From assembly GCA_963700285.1 (NCBI GenBank), contig CAVOXA010000010.1, forward strand, positions 1,120,001 to 1,184,000: a stretch of 64,000 nt of DNA, written 5' to 3'. The stretch is from an uncultured Chloroflexia bacterium. GTDB taxonomy: Bacteria > Chloroflexota > Anaerolineae > JAAYZQ01. The translations under genes and the position numbers were made by a program. Each line of letters opens with the position of its first letter. The stretch's first letter is position 1. This document shows positions 39,401 through 49,082 of this stretch, piece by piece. The notes beneath the pieces were generated by a model, which had not been told where the DNA came from, did not search any database, and was given only the letters and a program-made list of their open reading frames with translations.

Positions 39401-40387
39401 CTAACCCGCACGCATCTCGCCCAGTGGTTCACGTTTTCTAAGCTGCCTGTCCCGCTCAACTTTGACCAGGGGGGTATCTCGCCGTATCTGAAAGTGGTCC
39501 AGGTCACGGGCCACTGTTGTATTTGGAAAGATGGACGATGCCTCATCCAGGATCTCCCGTTCCGAGTATCGGCGGGAGATGTGGTGCAAGATCAGGTGTT
39601 GCACGTTGGCGGCTACAGCCAGCTCTGCTGATTGCCGTGCGATGAGATGGCCGAACTCCCGAGCCACATCGGCTTCCAAACCCGTATATGTGGCCTCGAT
39701 GACCAATGCATCGGCCTCGCAGGCTGGCTCCAAAAGATTGTCGATTCGCCCGGTGTCACCAATGAATACAAACTTGGTTCCAGGGCGGGACGGTCCCAAG
39801 ACATCGTCTGGATGAAGAGCTTGCCCATTGGGCAAAGTGATTGACTGACCTTGCACCAGGCGGGCCCGCTCCGGTCCCGCAGGAACCCCCAAGGCTTCGG
39901 CCTTTTCTGCCAGGAAGGGACGCCGTGCCTTTTCCTGAAAAGTGTAGCCAAAGCAGCCTGGCCCCCGGTGGGTGACGGGGAAGGCTGATAGTTGAAAGCT
40001 GTCGTCTTCCATAACGACGCCTGGCTTCAAGTCGGTCAGCACCAGTCGGATGGGCGGCCGGTGGCGGCCAAAAACCACTTTCATCAGTGCTTCCACCCGG
40101 TCCAGCGCCCACCGGCCACCATAGATCTCCATGTGATCGATCATCTCCCACCGGGAGAACGTGGACGCCAGCCCCGCCAGCCCCAGGATATGGTCCAGAT
40201 GGCCGTGGGTCAGCAGGATCTTGTCCATGCGGCGGAAACCCAGGCCACTGCGAAGCAGTTGGCGCTGCGTTCCCTCGCCGCAATCTACCATAAAGCGGTA
40301 CTCTTTGTGCATAACCACGGCCGCCGGCAGCCCCCGCTGTATGGAGGGTGCTGAAGCCGAGGTACCGAGAAAGACAACCTCAAACAT
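39401..40387 (-). CDS. rnz: Ribonuclease Z
   Basis: FLGTSAS, DCGEGTQ, THGHLDH, GVPAGP exosite arm, GDT, EATY, HHISRRY. Confidence 0.92.
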   Translation of the reverse strand: MFEVVFLGTSASAPSIQRGLPAAVVMHKEYRFMVDCGEGTQRQLLRSGLGFRRMDKILLTHGHLDHILGLAGLASTFSRWEMIDHMEIYGGRWALDRVEALMKVVFGRHRPPIRLVLTDLKPGVVMEDDSFQLSAFPVTHRGPGCFGYTFQEKARRPFLAEKAEALGVPAGPERARLVQGQSITLPNGQALHPDDVLGPSRPGTKFVFIGDTGRIDNLLEPACEADALVIEATYTGLEADVAREFGHLIARQSAELAVAANVQHLILHHISRRYSEREILDEASSIFPNTTVARDLDHFQIRRDTPLVKVERDRQLRKREPLGEMRAG

Positions 40388-40539
40388 GGACACATTGTAC
40401 ACGAAAGCGGGCCTGGCTCAAAATGCCCTTCTGCCAACGGCGCGGGCTTGGGTAGGTTGTAGAGTCTGGCGGGTCCGTTTTGCACGCCTGCCACTTTTCA
40501 GCTACAATGCTTTTTCACCCTGTGGTGGGAGAATGAACG

Positions 40540-41037
40540 ATGAAGCATGTTTGGTCGCCGTGGCGATTGGAATACCTGACAGCGCCCAAGACTGATGGCT
40601 GCGTTTTCTGCCACGCGGCCCAGAGCAACGAGGACAGGGAGAACCTGGTACTGCTTCGGGGCGAGCTTGCCTTTCTCATCCTGAACCGGTATCCCTACAA
40701 CAATGGCCATCTCATGGTGGTGCCTTATGCCCACGTATCCAGCCTGGAAGATCTGGACGCGCCCGTACTAACAGAGCTGATGCTTCTCCTGAACCAGGGT
40801 CTGGCTGCACTGCGGAGAACGATGGCGCCGGAAGGCTTTAATATTGGCGTAAACTTGGGCCTGGTGGCCGGTGCGGGGATCGTGGACCACGTGCACATCC
40901 ACGCGGTGCCCCGTTGGGCGGGCGACACCAACTTTATGACTGTCGTCGGTGATATGCGGGTGATTCCCCAAACCTGGTTGCAGACCTATGACCAGCTTAA
41001 GGGGGTGCTGGAGGACCTGGCCGGTCAAGGTCGATGA
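40540..41037 (+). CDS. HIT domain protein (Ap4A phosphorylase-like)
   Basis: CVFC, LNRYPYNNGHL, AGAGIVDHVHIH, PRWAGDTNF. Confidence 0.9.
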   Translation: MKHVWSPWRLEYLTAPKTDGCVFCHAAQSNEDRENLVLLRGELAFLILNRYPYNNGHLMVVPYAHVSSLEDLDAPVLTELMLLLNQGLAALRRTMAPEGFNIGVNLGLVAGAGIVDHVHIHAVPRWAGDTNFMTVVGDMRVIPQTWLQTYDQLKGVLEDLAGQGR

Positions 41038-41051
41038 GTTCGGGGTTCACG

Positions 41052-41083
41052 AAAAAGGGGCCAGGTGATTGTACCTGACCCCT
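41052..41083 (-). terminator. Terminator after prxU
   Basis: Hairpin AGGGG-C-CAGGT...ACCTG-A-CCCCT with a T-run on the minus strand. Confidence 0.55.
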
Positions 41084-41103
41084 GTGAGGCAAGCAGCTCC
41101 AAC

Positions 41104-41826
41104 CTAGAACGCCTGATCCGTTGTCCACACTGTCCAGACCTTGCCCACAAGGTCCGGACCCACTTTGAGTGTCGGCTTGCCCGGCACCCAGCCAGAAGGT
41201 GTGGCTTCTGCCCCCTTGGTCTCACGCACGAGCTGGAAGGCTTGTACCTGGCGGATCAGCTCTGCGACACTCCGGCCTACCGGTGGTTGCAGCACCTCCA
41301 TGGCCTGGATCACCCCATCGGGGTCGATGAGGAAACGGCCCCGGATGTCCACGCCACCGGCTTCATCATACACACCGTACACCTGGCCGATCCTGCCCCC
41401 CGCATCAGATAGCATGGGATAGGGTACGCCGCCTTCGACCATCTTGGACAGTTCTTCCTCCTGCCAGATCTTGTGGCTGAATCGGCTATCGGTGCTCATG
41501 GCAAGGACTTCTACTCCCAGCGCCTTCAATTCCGGATACTTGACGGCCACGGCCGACAATTCCGTCGGTCACACAAAGGTGAAATCGCCGGGATAGAAGC
41601 AGAGACTTACCCACTTGCCGCGATAATCGGACAACTTGACGTTCTTAAAGCCCCCATCGACATAGGCTGCTGCTTCAAAATCAGGTGCTTCGTGACCTAC
41701 ACGTGCCAACGGCATTTGAACCTCCTCGTCGCGTACTTTGGTTTCGCCCTCGATGGCTGTCTCAGCTCTCGGAGCTACCAGCGGCCCCCCGGCAGGCTGG
41801 ACACACGAAACGGCCTTTTCGCTCAT
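41104..41826 (-). CDS. prxU: Selenocysteine-containing peroxiredoxin, UGA at 41569-41571
   Basis: The track ORFs 41569..41832 and 41104..41559 are one frame: [19 protein letters not shown], matching the AhpC motif DFTFVCPTE. Confidence 0.9.
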
Positions 41827-41888
41827 CCACACTCTCCTTATGGGACTGATCAGGCATGGCCCAATGCCATAGCCTACGGATATGACGG

Positions 41889-41917
41889 ATTATAGCAAAA
41901 GCGCACCATTTCGTCAA
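41889..41917 (-). promoter_or_regulatory. sigma70 promoter for prxU
   Basis: Minus strand reads TTGACG-17 nt-TATAAT. Confidence 0.65.
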
Positions 41918-42113
41918 ATAAAAGGATGCGTTGTGTGTTTTCCCTGTGTGGAAATGCGCCCTTCCTGGGGTTATATGTCCAAAATAGAGGGGCGGCGTCA
42001 GCATAAGCGCTTGTCCTGCAACCCTGCCCTGATTTTTCCACAAACAACAAGGGCCAGTGGATTCCCACTGGCCCTGTCAGCATACAGTCCAGGTGCGCTG
42101 GAAAGACTCGGTC

Positions 42114-43658
42114 CTATTCGAGCCGCCAATCGGCCATAGCCGGCCTCCGGTGGGCTTGGGCGCGAATCCGCCGGCTGGCCCAGAGGTCGCGAAGCCCATG
42201 CAGGCCGATGTACCCGTAGCCGCCTACGTACAGCAGTAGAAACGGAACCGCAAAATAGTTGCCCACAAACAGCGCCACGGCAACCGTCAGCAGGGCATAG
42301 CCCGCCAAAGCCAGTTCACCCACTGTCACCCACTGGAAGGGAAGGACGTAGCGGCTACCCATCCAGCGGTCGCCCTTGTGCTCGATGTGGAACTTGGGGG
42401 TGCGCCGGAAGGGTAGGCTTCGCCCCAGCAGCCCCCTGGCAATGGCGATGGTGTTCGCGAGGGCCATGCCGGTCCCCAATGAAGCCAGTACGGGCATGTA
42501 AGCCATGCGTTTCTTCCAGTCAGGGTAAAGGTAGCGTTGCGACAGTGCGTAGGCAACCATCGGCCCCAGGGCCACCAGCCAAAAGATGGTGAGGTTGAAA
42601 GTCAAAGAGATTTGCCCCAAAAGCAAAGGCAGGGTGAGGAGCAACAGAAGCAGCGACATGGGGTAGGCGATCCAGACGCTGAGGTGTAGCAGCGCTTCCA
42701 GGCGCGCGGGCCAGGAGATGGGAGTCATCGCCTCGTTGCTATCTATGACCGGCCCGGGATATGGCCTGCCCTGCCACAACGACCCGGCCAGCTTGACCAG
42801 GCATTGGGCCGCGCCGGTGGCCCAGCGGGCCTGCTGTCGCTTGAAGGCGGCCATCTGCGGCGGCAGTTCGGCCGGGGCCTCGACCTCGGGCAGGTAGAGG
42901 GCCTGCCAGCCGGCCAGTTGGGCGCGCATGCTCAGATCTACATCCTCGGTCAGCGTGTCACCCTGCCAGCCACCGGCAGCCCTGATGGCTTCCCTTCGCC
43001 ATACCCCCGCCGTGCCGTTAAAGTTCATCAGCAGGCCGCTGCGATTGCGCCCCAGGTGTTCTACCACGAAATGGCCATCCAGGGCGAGGGTCTGGGATCG
43101 GGTTAGGGCCGAATAGTCGGCGTTGAGATAGCCCCAGCGTGTCTGTACAAAGCCCAGATTCGAATTCGCAGCCAGGTGGGGGATCGTGCTTTTCAAGAAA
43201 TCGGGATTTGGCACAAAATCAGCGTCAAAGATGGCGACCAGCTCGCCACGAGCTGTCTCCAGCCCGTGAGCCAGGGCGCCGGCCTTGAAGCCCTGCCGGT
43301 CGTGCCGGTGTACAAGCTCGATATCCAGGCCACGCACTTGATGGTGAGCCACGCCTGCGCAAGCCAGCCGCGTCGTTTCGTCCGTGGAGTCGTCCAACAC
43401 TTGAATTTGAAACCGGTCCCGAGGGTAGTCCAAGCGGGCCACGGCGTCGATCAGCCGCTTGACGACGTACAGCTCGTTATAGACCGGCAGTTGCACGGTC
43501 ACGACGGGCCAGGTCCCTGGCTCCGGTGGCCGGCTCGGGCGCTCCGTCCGGTGTCGCAGGTAGAGGCCTGCCAGCAACAGGGCATTGGCGCCATAGATGG
43601 CCACCAGTACAGCCGCGACTAGATAGATGATGCTCAGAACAGACACAACCGCCTCCAC
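42114..43658 (-). CDS. GT2 processive glycosyltransferase (cellulose-synthase-like)
   Basis: QLPVYNE, DDSTD, KAGAL, FDADF, TED, QQARW; multiple TM helices. Confidence 0.9.
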   Translation of the reverse strand: MEAVVSVLSIIYLVAAVLVAIYGANALLLAGLYLRHRTERPSRPPEPGTWPVVTVQLPVYNELYVVKRLIDAVARLDYPRDRFQIQVLDDSTDETTRLACAGVAHHQVRGLDIELVHRHDRQGFKAGALAHGLETARGELVAIFDADFVPNPDFLKSTIPHLAANSNLGFVQTRWGYLNADYSALTRSQTLALDGHFVVEHLGRNRSGLLMNFNGTAGVWRREAIRAAGGWQGDTLTEDVDLSMRAQLAGWQALYLPEVEAPAELPPQMAAFKRQQARWATGAAQCLVKLAGSLWQGRPYPGPVIDSNEAMTPISWPARLEALLHLSVWIAYPMSLLLLLLTLPLLLGQISLTFNLTIFWLVALGPMVAYALSQRYLYPDWKKRMAYMPVLASLGTGMALANTIAIARGLLGRSLPFRRTPKFHIEHKGDRWMGSRYVLPFQWVTVGELALAGYALLTVAVALFVGNYFAVPFLLLYVGGYGYIGLHGLRDLWASRRIRAQAHRRPAMADWRLE

Positions 43659-43854
43659 GCTATTCCGACTAAGCAGGTCCGCAATCTGCTCCAGTCAATC
43701 CAGACAAACGCCGCAAGTATACCATCGCTCAATAGTCCTGGCAAAGAGTCAGCGCGCTGCGGCGCACAGCGTTTGACACCCTCTAGCAGCTTGGCGTACA
43801 ATGGCGGGGATGTCCCAGTGAACCAGACGAGTCTGGTTGAATGGAGGTTTGAGG

Positions 43855-45045
43855 GTGAAGATCCCCTTTCCGGCGAGTCACGCCGAGGCGATGGCCGCGT
43901 TCCTCGAGGAATTGGTACGTATACCCAGCCTGTCCACCCATGAAGGTGCGATGGCGGCACGCCTGGCTAACGAGATGCGGCGGGTTGGTTTTGCAGAGGT
44001 CTGGACCGATCGCATCGGCAACGTCATTGGCCGGGTAGGCTCGGGCCAGGGCCCCAAGTTGGTCCTTGACGGCCACATGGACATCGTTGACGTCGGCGAA
44101 ACCGCACGCTGGACCCATCCCCCCTATGACAGCGTGATCAGAGACGGCGTTCTCTACGGACGTGGCGCCTGTGACATGAAAGGCGGGCTGGCGGCCATGG
44201 TCTACGGCGTCAAGGCACTGCTGGATGCAGGGATAGCGCTGGCCGGCGATCTATACCTGGTCGGCGTCGTGCAGGAGGAGCCCTGTGAGGGCTGCGCCAT
44301 GCGGGTCCTGGTTGAAGAAGAGGGCATCCGGCCCGACTATGTGGTCTTGGGCGAGCCCAGCAATCTGCAGGTCCGCGTCGGGCACCGTGGACGGTTGGAG
44401 ATGCGGGTCACCGTGCGGGGTACAGCGGCGCATGCCTCATCACCCTCCCTGGGCAGCAATGCCATCCAGAATGCAGCGCGGCTCATCTTTGGGATCGAGC
44501 TGCTAGCAGCTCGTCTGGCAACCGATCCGTTCTTGGGCCAGGGGACCCTGGCTGTCACCGAGATCGAAAGCCAGGCTGCCAGCCGCAACGCCATTCCTGA
44601 TCGTTGTGTCTTTTACATCGATCGCCGCCTGACCCTGGGTGAGACGGAGCGCAAGGCGTTGGCTGAGATACAGAACATCATCAACACGGAGGAGGTGGAC
44701 GCTCAGGTAGACGTGACCGAGTACCGGGCCACCAGTTATTCCGGCTACGACTGCAGTGCTAGAAACGCTTTTCCCGCCTGGGTCATGCCTGAAGACCATC
44801 ACCTGGTGCAGGCTACCGTGCGCAGCATACGGGAAACACTGGGCTACCGGCCTCGATTGGGAAGGTGGGATTTCTCGACAGACGGAACCTATACCGCCGG
44901 GGTGGCGAACATCCCGACGGTGGGCTTTGGTCCGGGTGAGGAGCGCTACGCCCACACGCAGGATGAACAGATCCGGTTGAACGACGTGGTCGACGCGGCG
45001 CGGGTTTATGCCCGCTTGGCGGTCGACCTATTGGGGACAAGTTGA
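43855..45045 (+). CDS. M20 family metallohydrolase, YgeY-like
   Basis: DGHMDIV, GRGACDMKGG, VQEEPCEG, GEPS, GHRGR, WDFSTDG, GFGPG, AH. Confidence 0.8.
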   Translation: MKIPFPASHAEAMAAFLEELVRIPSLSTHEGAMAARLANEMRRVGFAEVWTDRIGNVIGRVGSGQGPKLVLDGHMDIVDVGETARWTHPPYDSVIRDGVLYGRGACDMKGGLAAMVYGVKALLDAGIALAGDLYLVGVVQEEPCEGCAMRVLVEEEGIRPDYVVLGEPSNLQVRVGHRGRLEMRVTVRGTAAHASSPSLGSNAIQNAARLIFGIELLAARLATDPFLGQGTLAVTEIESQAASRNAIPDRCVFYIDRRLTLGETERKALAEIQNIINTEEVDAQVDVTEYRATSYSGYDCSARNAFPAWVMPEDHHLVQATVRSIRETLGYRPRLGRWDFSTDGTYTAGVANIPTVGFGPGEERYAHTQDEQIRLNDVVDAARVYARLAVDLLGTS

Positions 45046-45088
45046 GACTTTTCTCAAGATCTGCCAGGGCCCTATGGAGGAACATGCA

Positions 45089-45646
45089 ATGAAAGTCATC
45101 AAACCAGGTTCGACAAACCTTTACCCTATCCCAGCGGTGGTGGTGAGCTGTGGTCTGGAGCGGCCCAACCTCATTACCCTAGCTTGGGTGGGTACCACCA
45201 GTTCCGAGCCAGCATCGCTGAGCATTGCTGTGCGGCCCGAGCGTTTCTCCCACGGCTTGCTCGTGGAGGCCGGCGAATTCGTCGTCAATCTCCCCAGTGC
45301 CGGCCAGGTGGACGTCGTTGACTATTGCGGGCAGGTCTCCGGCCGAGATGTGGACAAGTGGGCAGCGTGCGGGCTGACAGCGGTTCCCGCGAGCAAGATC
45401 CGCACGCCCCTGATCGCCGAGTTTCCGGTCGCCCTGGAGTGTCGCGTGTCGCACCACCTGGAGCTTGGCGTCCACGACCTCTTTATTGGCGAGGTGCTTG
45501 CCGTGCAGATCGATGAAGGGGTCTTGAATAGCAAAAGCCAGTTGGATGCCGAATTGGCGCAGCCTCTGGCCTTCGTCGGGGGTTACTACTACGACCTGGG
45601 AAAGAAACTGGGCCGCTATGGCGACTGGAGGGCAGCGTTCAAGTAG
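45089..45646 (+). CDS. Flavin reductase family protein
   Basis: LYPIPAVVVS, EFVVNLP, SGRDVDK, LEC, HDLFIGEV. Confidence 0.85.
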   Translation: MKVIKPGSTNLYPIPAVVVSCGLERPNLITLAWVGTTSSEPASLSIAVRPERFSHGLLVEAGEFVVNLPSAGQVDVVDYCGQVSGRDVDKWAACGLTAVPASKIRTPLIAEFPVALECRVSHHLELGVHDLFIGEVLAVQIDEGVLNSKSQLDAELAQPLAFVGGYYYDLGKKLGRYGDWRAAFK

Positions 45647-45885
45647 GTTGGCGCGATAGCAGAAGGCAGGACCTCAAGTCTTTTTTTTCGCCTCTTGCAG
45701 TCGAATTCAGGTTCTGACTTGACTCCCCCGCAAATCCGTCGTACACTCTTAGCCTGAAGGGATCACCGGACGATTGCCCGCATGCCGGCGCAGACCTTCA
45801 AACGATCAAATCGCTTGTCACCAGCATGCAGCAAGGAGCATGCCATACGGCACGATCCCAGCATGCCTACCCGAGGAGCCACACC

Positions 45886-46465
45886 ATGGATGACCTGATA
45901 GAGATCCGCTGGCACGGTCGCGGCGGGCAGGGCGTGGTCACCGCCAGCAAGCTGCTGGCTGAGGCGGCCCTGGCCAGCGGCCAGTACTTCCAGGCTTTCC
46001 CCGACTATGGGCCCGAGCGCATGGGCGCCCCCATCCGCGCCTTTACCCGGCTCAGTCCCCGGCCCATCCGCATCCATTCCGCCGATCGAGAACGCCCGAT
46101 GTCGTGGTCGTCCTCGATCCCACCCTGCTGGGGACAGTGGCGGTGACGGAGGGGCTTAAGGAGGATGGCATCGCTGTTGGTCAACACCTCGACGAGCCCG
46201 GCCGGGATACGCAACGACGACCGGCTTCCAAGCGGGGGCAGGTCTTTACTGTGGACGCCAGCCACATCGCCATCGAGGAAATCGGCCGGGAGATCACCAA
46301 CACGCCCATGCTGGGCGCCTTGGCCCGGGCCACGGGCCTTTTCGACATTGAAGAATTGAGCGGCGAGTTGCGTGCCTGGTTCGGCAAGAAACTGCCGCCC
46401 AGAGGCCGTCGAGGCCAACGTCCGGGCCATGCGCCGGGCGGCCGACGCCGTACAGGGAGGGTTAG
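45886..46465 (+). CDS. porC: Pyruvate/2-oxoacid:ferredoxin oxidoreductase gamma subunit (frameshifted; end approximate)
   Basis: [32 protein letters not shown] in successive frames. Confidence 0.8.
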
Positions 46466-46475
46466 GAGAGCTCGT

Positions 46476-46829
46476 ATGAAGCTGAAAGGCTGGCGGGAGC
46501 TCCCCATCGGCGGCATGATCCTGGAGGCCGGGAACGCCGTAGATTATCATCACCGGCGGCTGGCGGGCCTTCCGGCCCGTCCGCGGCCAGGCCGAGTGCA
46601 CCCACTGCTTCCAGTGCTGGCTGTTCTGCCCCGACTCTAGCATTCTGGTGGACACCGAGCAGGAGGAGATGGTCGGCTTTGACCTGGAGCACTGCAAGGG
46701 CTGCGGCATCTGCGCCGCGGTCTGCCCGGTCAACGCCAAGGTGGTACGCAAGGCAGGGGAGGAGTTGGCCCGGGATGACGTTCGCCTGTGCATCCACATG
46801 ATCGAAGAGGGAAGTTGCCCGGAGGGTGA
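46476..46829 (+). CDS. porD: Pyruvate:ferredoxin oxidoreductase delta subunit, 2x[4Fe-4S] (frameshifted; end approximate)
   Basis: [32 protein letters not shown]. Confidence 0.8.
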
Positions 46830-46833
46830 GACC

Positions 46834-48030
46834 ATGAGCCGATTCGAAGCCCTGTCCGGGAACGAGGCGGTCGCCACGGCCATGCGCCAGATCAACCCCG
46901 ACGTGGTGGCCGCCTACCCCATCACCCCTCAGACCTCCACCGTGCAGACATTCGCCGACTACGTCGCCGACGGGCTGGTGGACACCGAGTTTGTGACGGT
47001 GGAGAGCGAGCACAGCGCCATGAGCGCCTGTGTCGGCGCCTCGGCGGCCGGCGCGCGGGTGATGACGGCCACGTCTCGGCCAACGGCCTGGCCCTGATGT
47101 GGGAGATCCTCTATATCGCTGCCTCCAACCGCTGCCCCATCGTCATGAGCCTGGTCAACCGGGCCCTGTCGGGCCCCATCAACATCCACTGCGACCACGC
47201 CGACGTGATGGGCATGCGCGACAGCGGCTGGATCATCCTGCTTCTCGGAGAACGGCCAGGAAGCCTACGACAACCTGATCCAGGCCGTGCGCATCGGCGA
47301 GCATCCCGACGTGCTGCTGCCCGTGGTGGTCTGCCAGGACGGCTTTATCACCAGCCACGGCATCGAGCGGGTAGAGATCTATGACGACGGCGAGGTGAAG
47401 GCATTTGTGGGCGAGTATCACCCCCAGTGGCCGCTGCTGGACCTGGAGAAGCCCAAGACCTATGGCGCCGCTGGACTTTCACGACTACTACTATGAGCAC
47501 AAGCGGCAGCAGGTGGAGGCCATGGAGGATGCCCAGGCAGGTGATCCTGGAGGTGGCCGGGGAGTTCAACCGGCAGTTCGACCGGAACTACGGCCTGTTC
47601 GAGGCCTACCGGCTGGACGACGCCGAGGTGGCCATCGTGGTCGCCAACTCGACAGCGGGCACGGCCAAGGTCGTCGTCGACCAGCTGCGGGACGGAGGGC
47701 GTCAAGGTCGGGCTGCTCAAGCCGCGCGTCTTCCGTCCTTTCCCGGCGCAAGGAGATGGCCGAGGCGCTGGGTCACCTGAAGGCGGTGGCCGTGATGGAC
47801 CGTTCCATCTCCTTTGGGGCGATGGACAACGCTGGCCCCCTCTTCCTGGAGATCGGTGGCGGCTCTGGCCGTGCATGGCGTTCAGGTGCCGGTAGCCGAC
47901 TATGTCTACGGCCTGGGCGGGCGCGATATCCTGCCCCACGAGATCGAGGCGGTCTACCGCGACCTGCTCGGCACCGCCGAGACGGGGCAGGTGGACGCGC
48001 AGGGTCCAGTACCTGGGCGTGCGGGAATAG
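46834..48030 (+). CDS. porA: Pyruvate:ferredoxin oxidoreductase alpha subunit (frameshifted)
   Basis: [45 protein letters not shown]. Confidence 0.82.
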
Positions 48031-48040
48031 GGAGGGACAG

Positions 48041-48981
48041 ATGGCAACAAGACTGGTGCCCAAGGAATTGGCCAAACGGCCCGAGCGGCTGGCGCCCGGG
48101 CCACCGGCTTGTGCGCCGGCTGCGGCGCGTCCATCGTCGTGCGCCAGGTGCTGGCGGCCATCGACGAGCCGGTGGTCATCGCCAATGCCACCGGCTGCCT
48201 GGAGGTGGCGACCACCATCTATCCCTACACCGCCTGGCAGGTGCCCTGGATCCACAACGCCTTTGAGAACGCGGCGGCCACCATCAGCGGCGTCGAGGCC
48301 GCCTACCGCAGCCTGGTGCGCCAGGGCAAGATCCCGGAGCAGAACGTCAGGTTCGTCGCCTTTGGCGGCGACGGCGGCACCTACGACATCGGCCTGCAGT
48401 CCCTGTCCGGCGCGATGGAGCGCGGGCACCAGCTTCCTCTACGTCTGCTACGACAACGGCGCCTACATGAACACCGGCATCCAGCGCTCCAGCGCCACGC
48501 CCTTCGGCGCCAACACCACCACCTCGCCGGCGGGCAAGGTCATCCCCGGCAAGCAGCAGTTCCGCAAGGACCTGACGGCGATCATGGCCGCCCACGACAT
48601 CCCCTACGTGGCCCAGGCCGCACCCAGCCGCTGGCGCGACCTGATGCAAAAGACGCGCAAGGCGGTGGCACTGCGGCGGGCCCGCCTTCATGAACGTGCT
48701 GGCCTCCTGCAACCGGGGCTGGCGGCACGGCACCGACGAGACCATCGAGCTCACCCAGTTGGCCGTGGACACCTGCTACTGGCCGCTCTTCGAGGTGGAG
48801 GACGGCGAGTGGCGGCTGAGCTACAGGCCCAGGGAAAAGCAGCCGGTGGAGGACTGGCTGAAGCGGCAGGGCCGCTTCCGGCACCTCTTCCAGCCGGAGA
48901 ACCGGCATCATGATCGAAGAATTCCAGGCGGAGGTGGACCGGCGCTGGGAGCGGCTGCTCAAGCGTTGCGGCGAAGCGTAG
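48041..48981 (+). CDS. porB: Pyruvate:ferredoxin oxidoreductase beta subunit (frameshifted)
   Basis: [43 protein letters not shown]. Confidence 0.82.
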
Positions 48982-49082
48982 AGTGGAGGAAATCCCATAG
49001 GCTGCATTACCGTCAGGCAACTATGCAGCCATCACCACTTTCTAACCCCCAAGGCAACTCAGGACTGGCGTGCCTGAAAGAG

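Noticed and set aside
46648-47097. porD-porA fusion
   Set aside because: The junction lies in an indel-rich patch, and porA has its own RBS-like GGAGG and ATG at 46834.
47405-48913. 502-aa ORF as a single novel protein
   Set aside because: Patchwork of out-of-frame porA/porB sequence created by the frameshifts.
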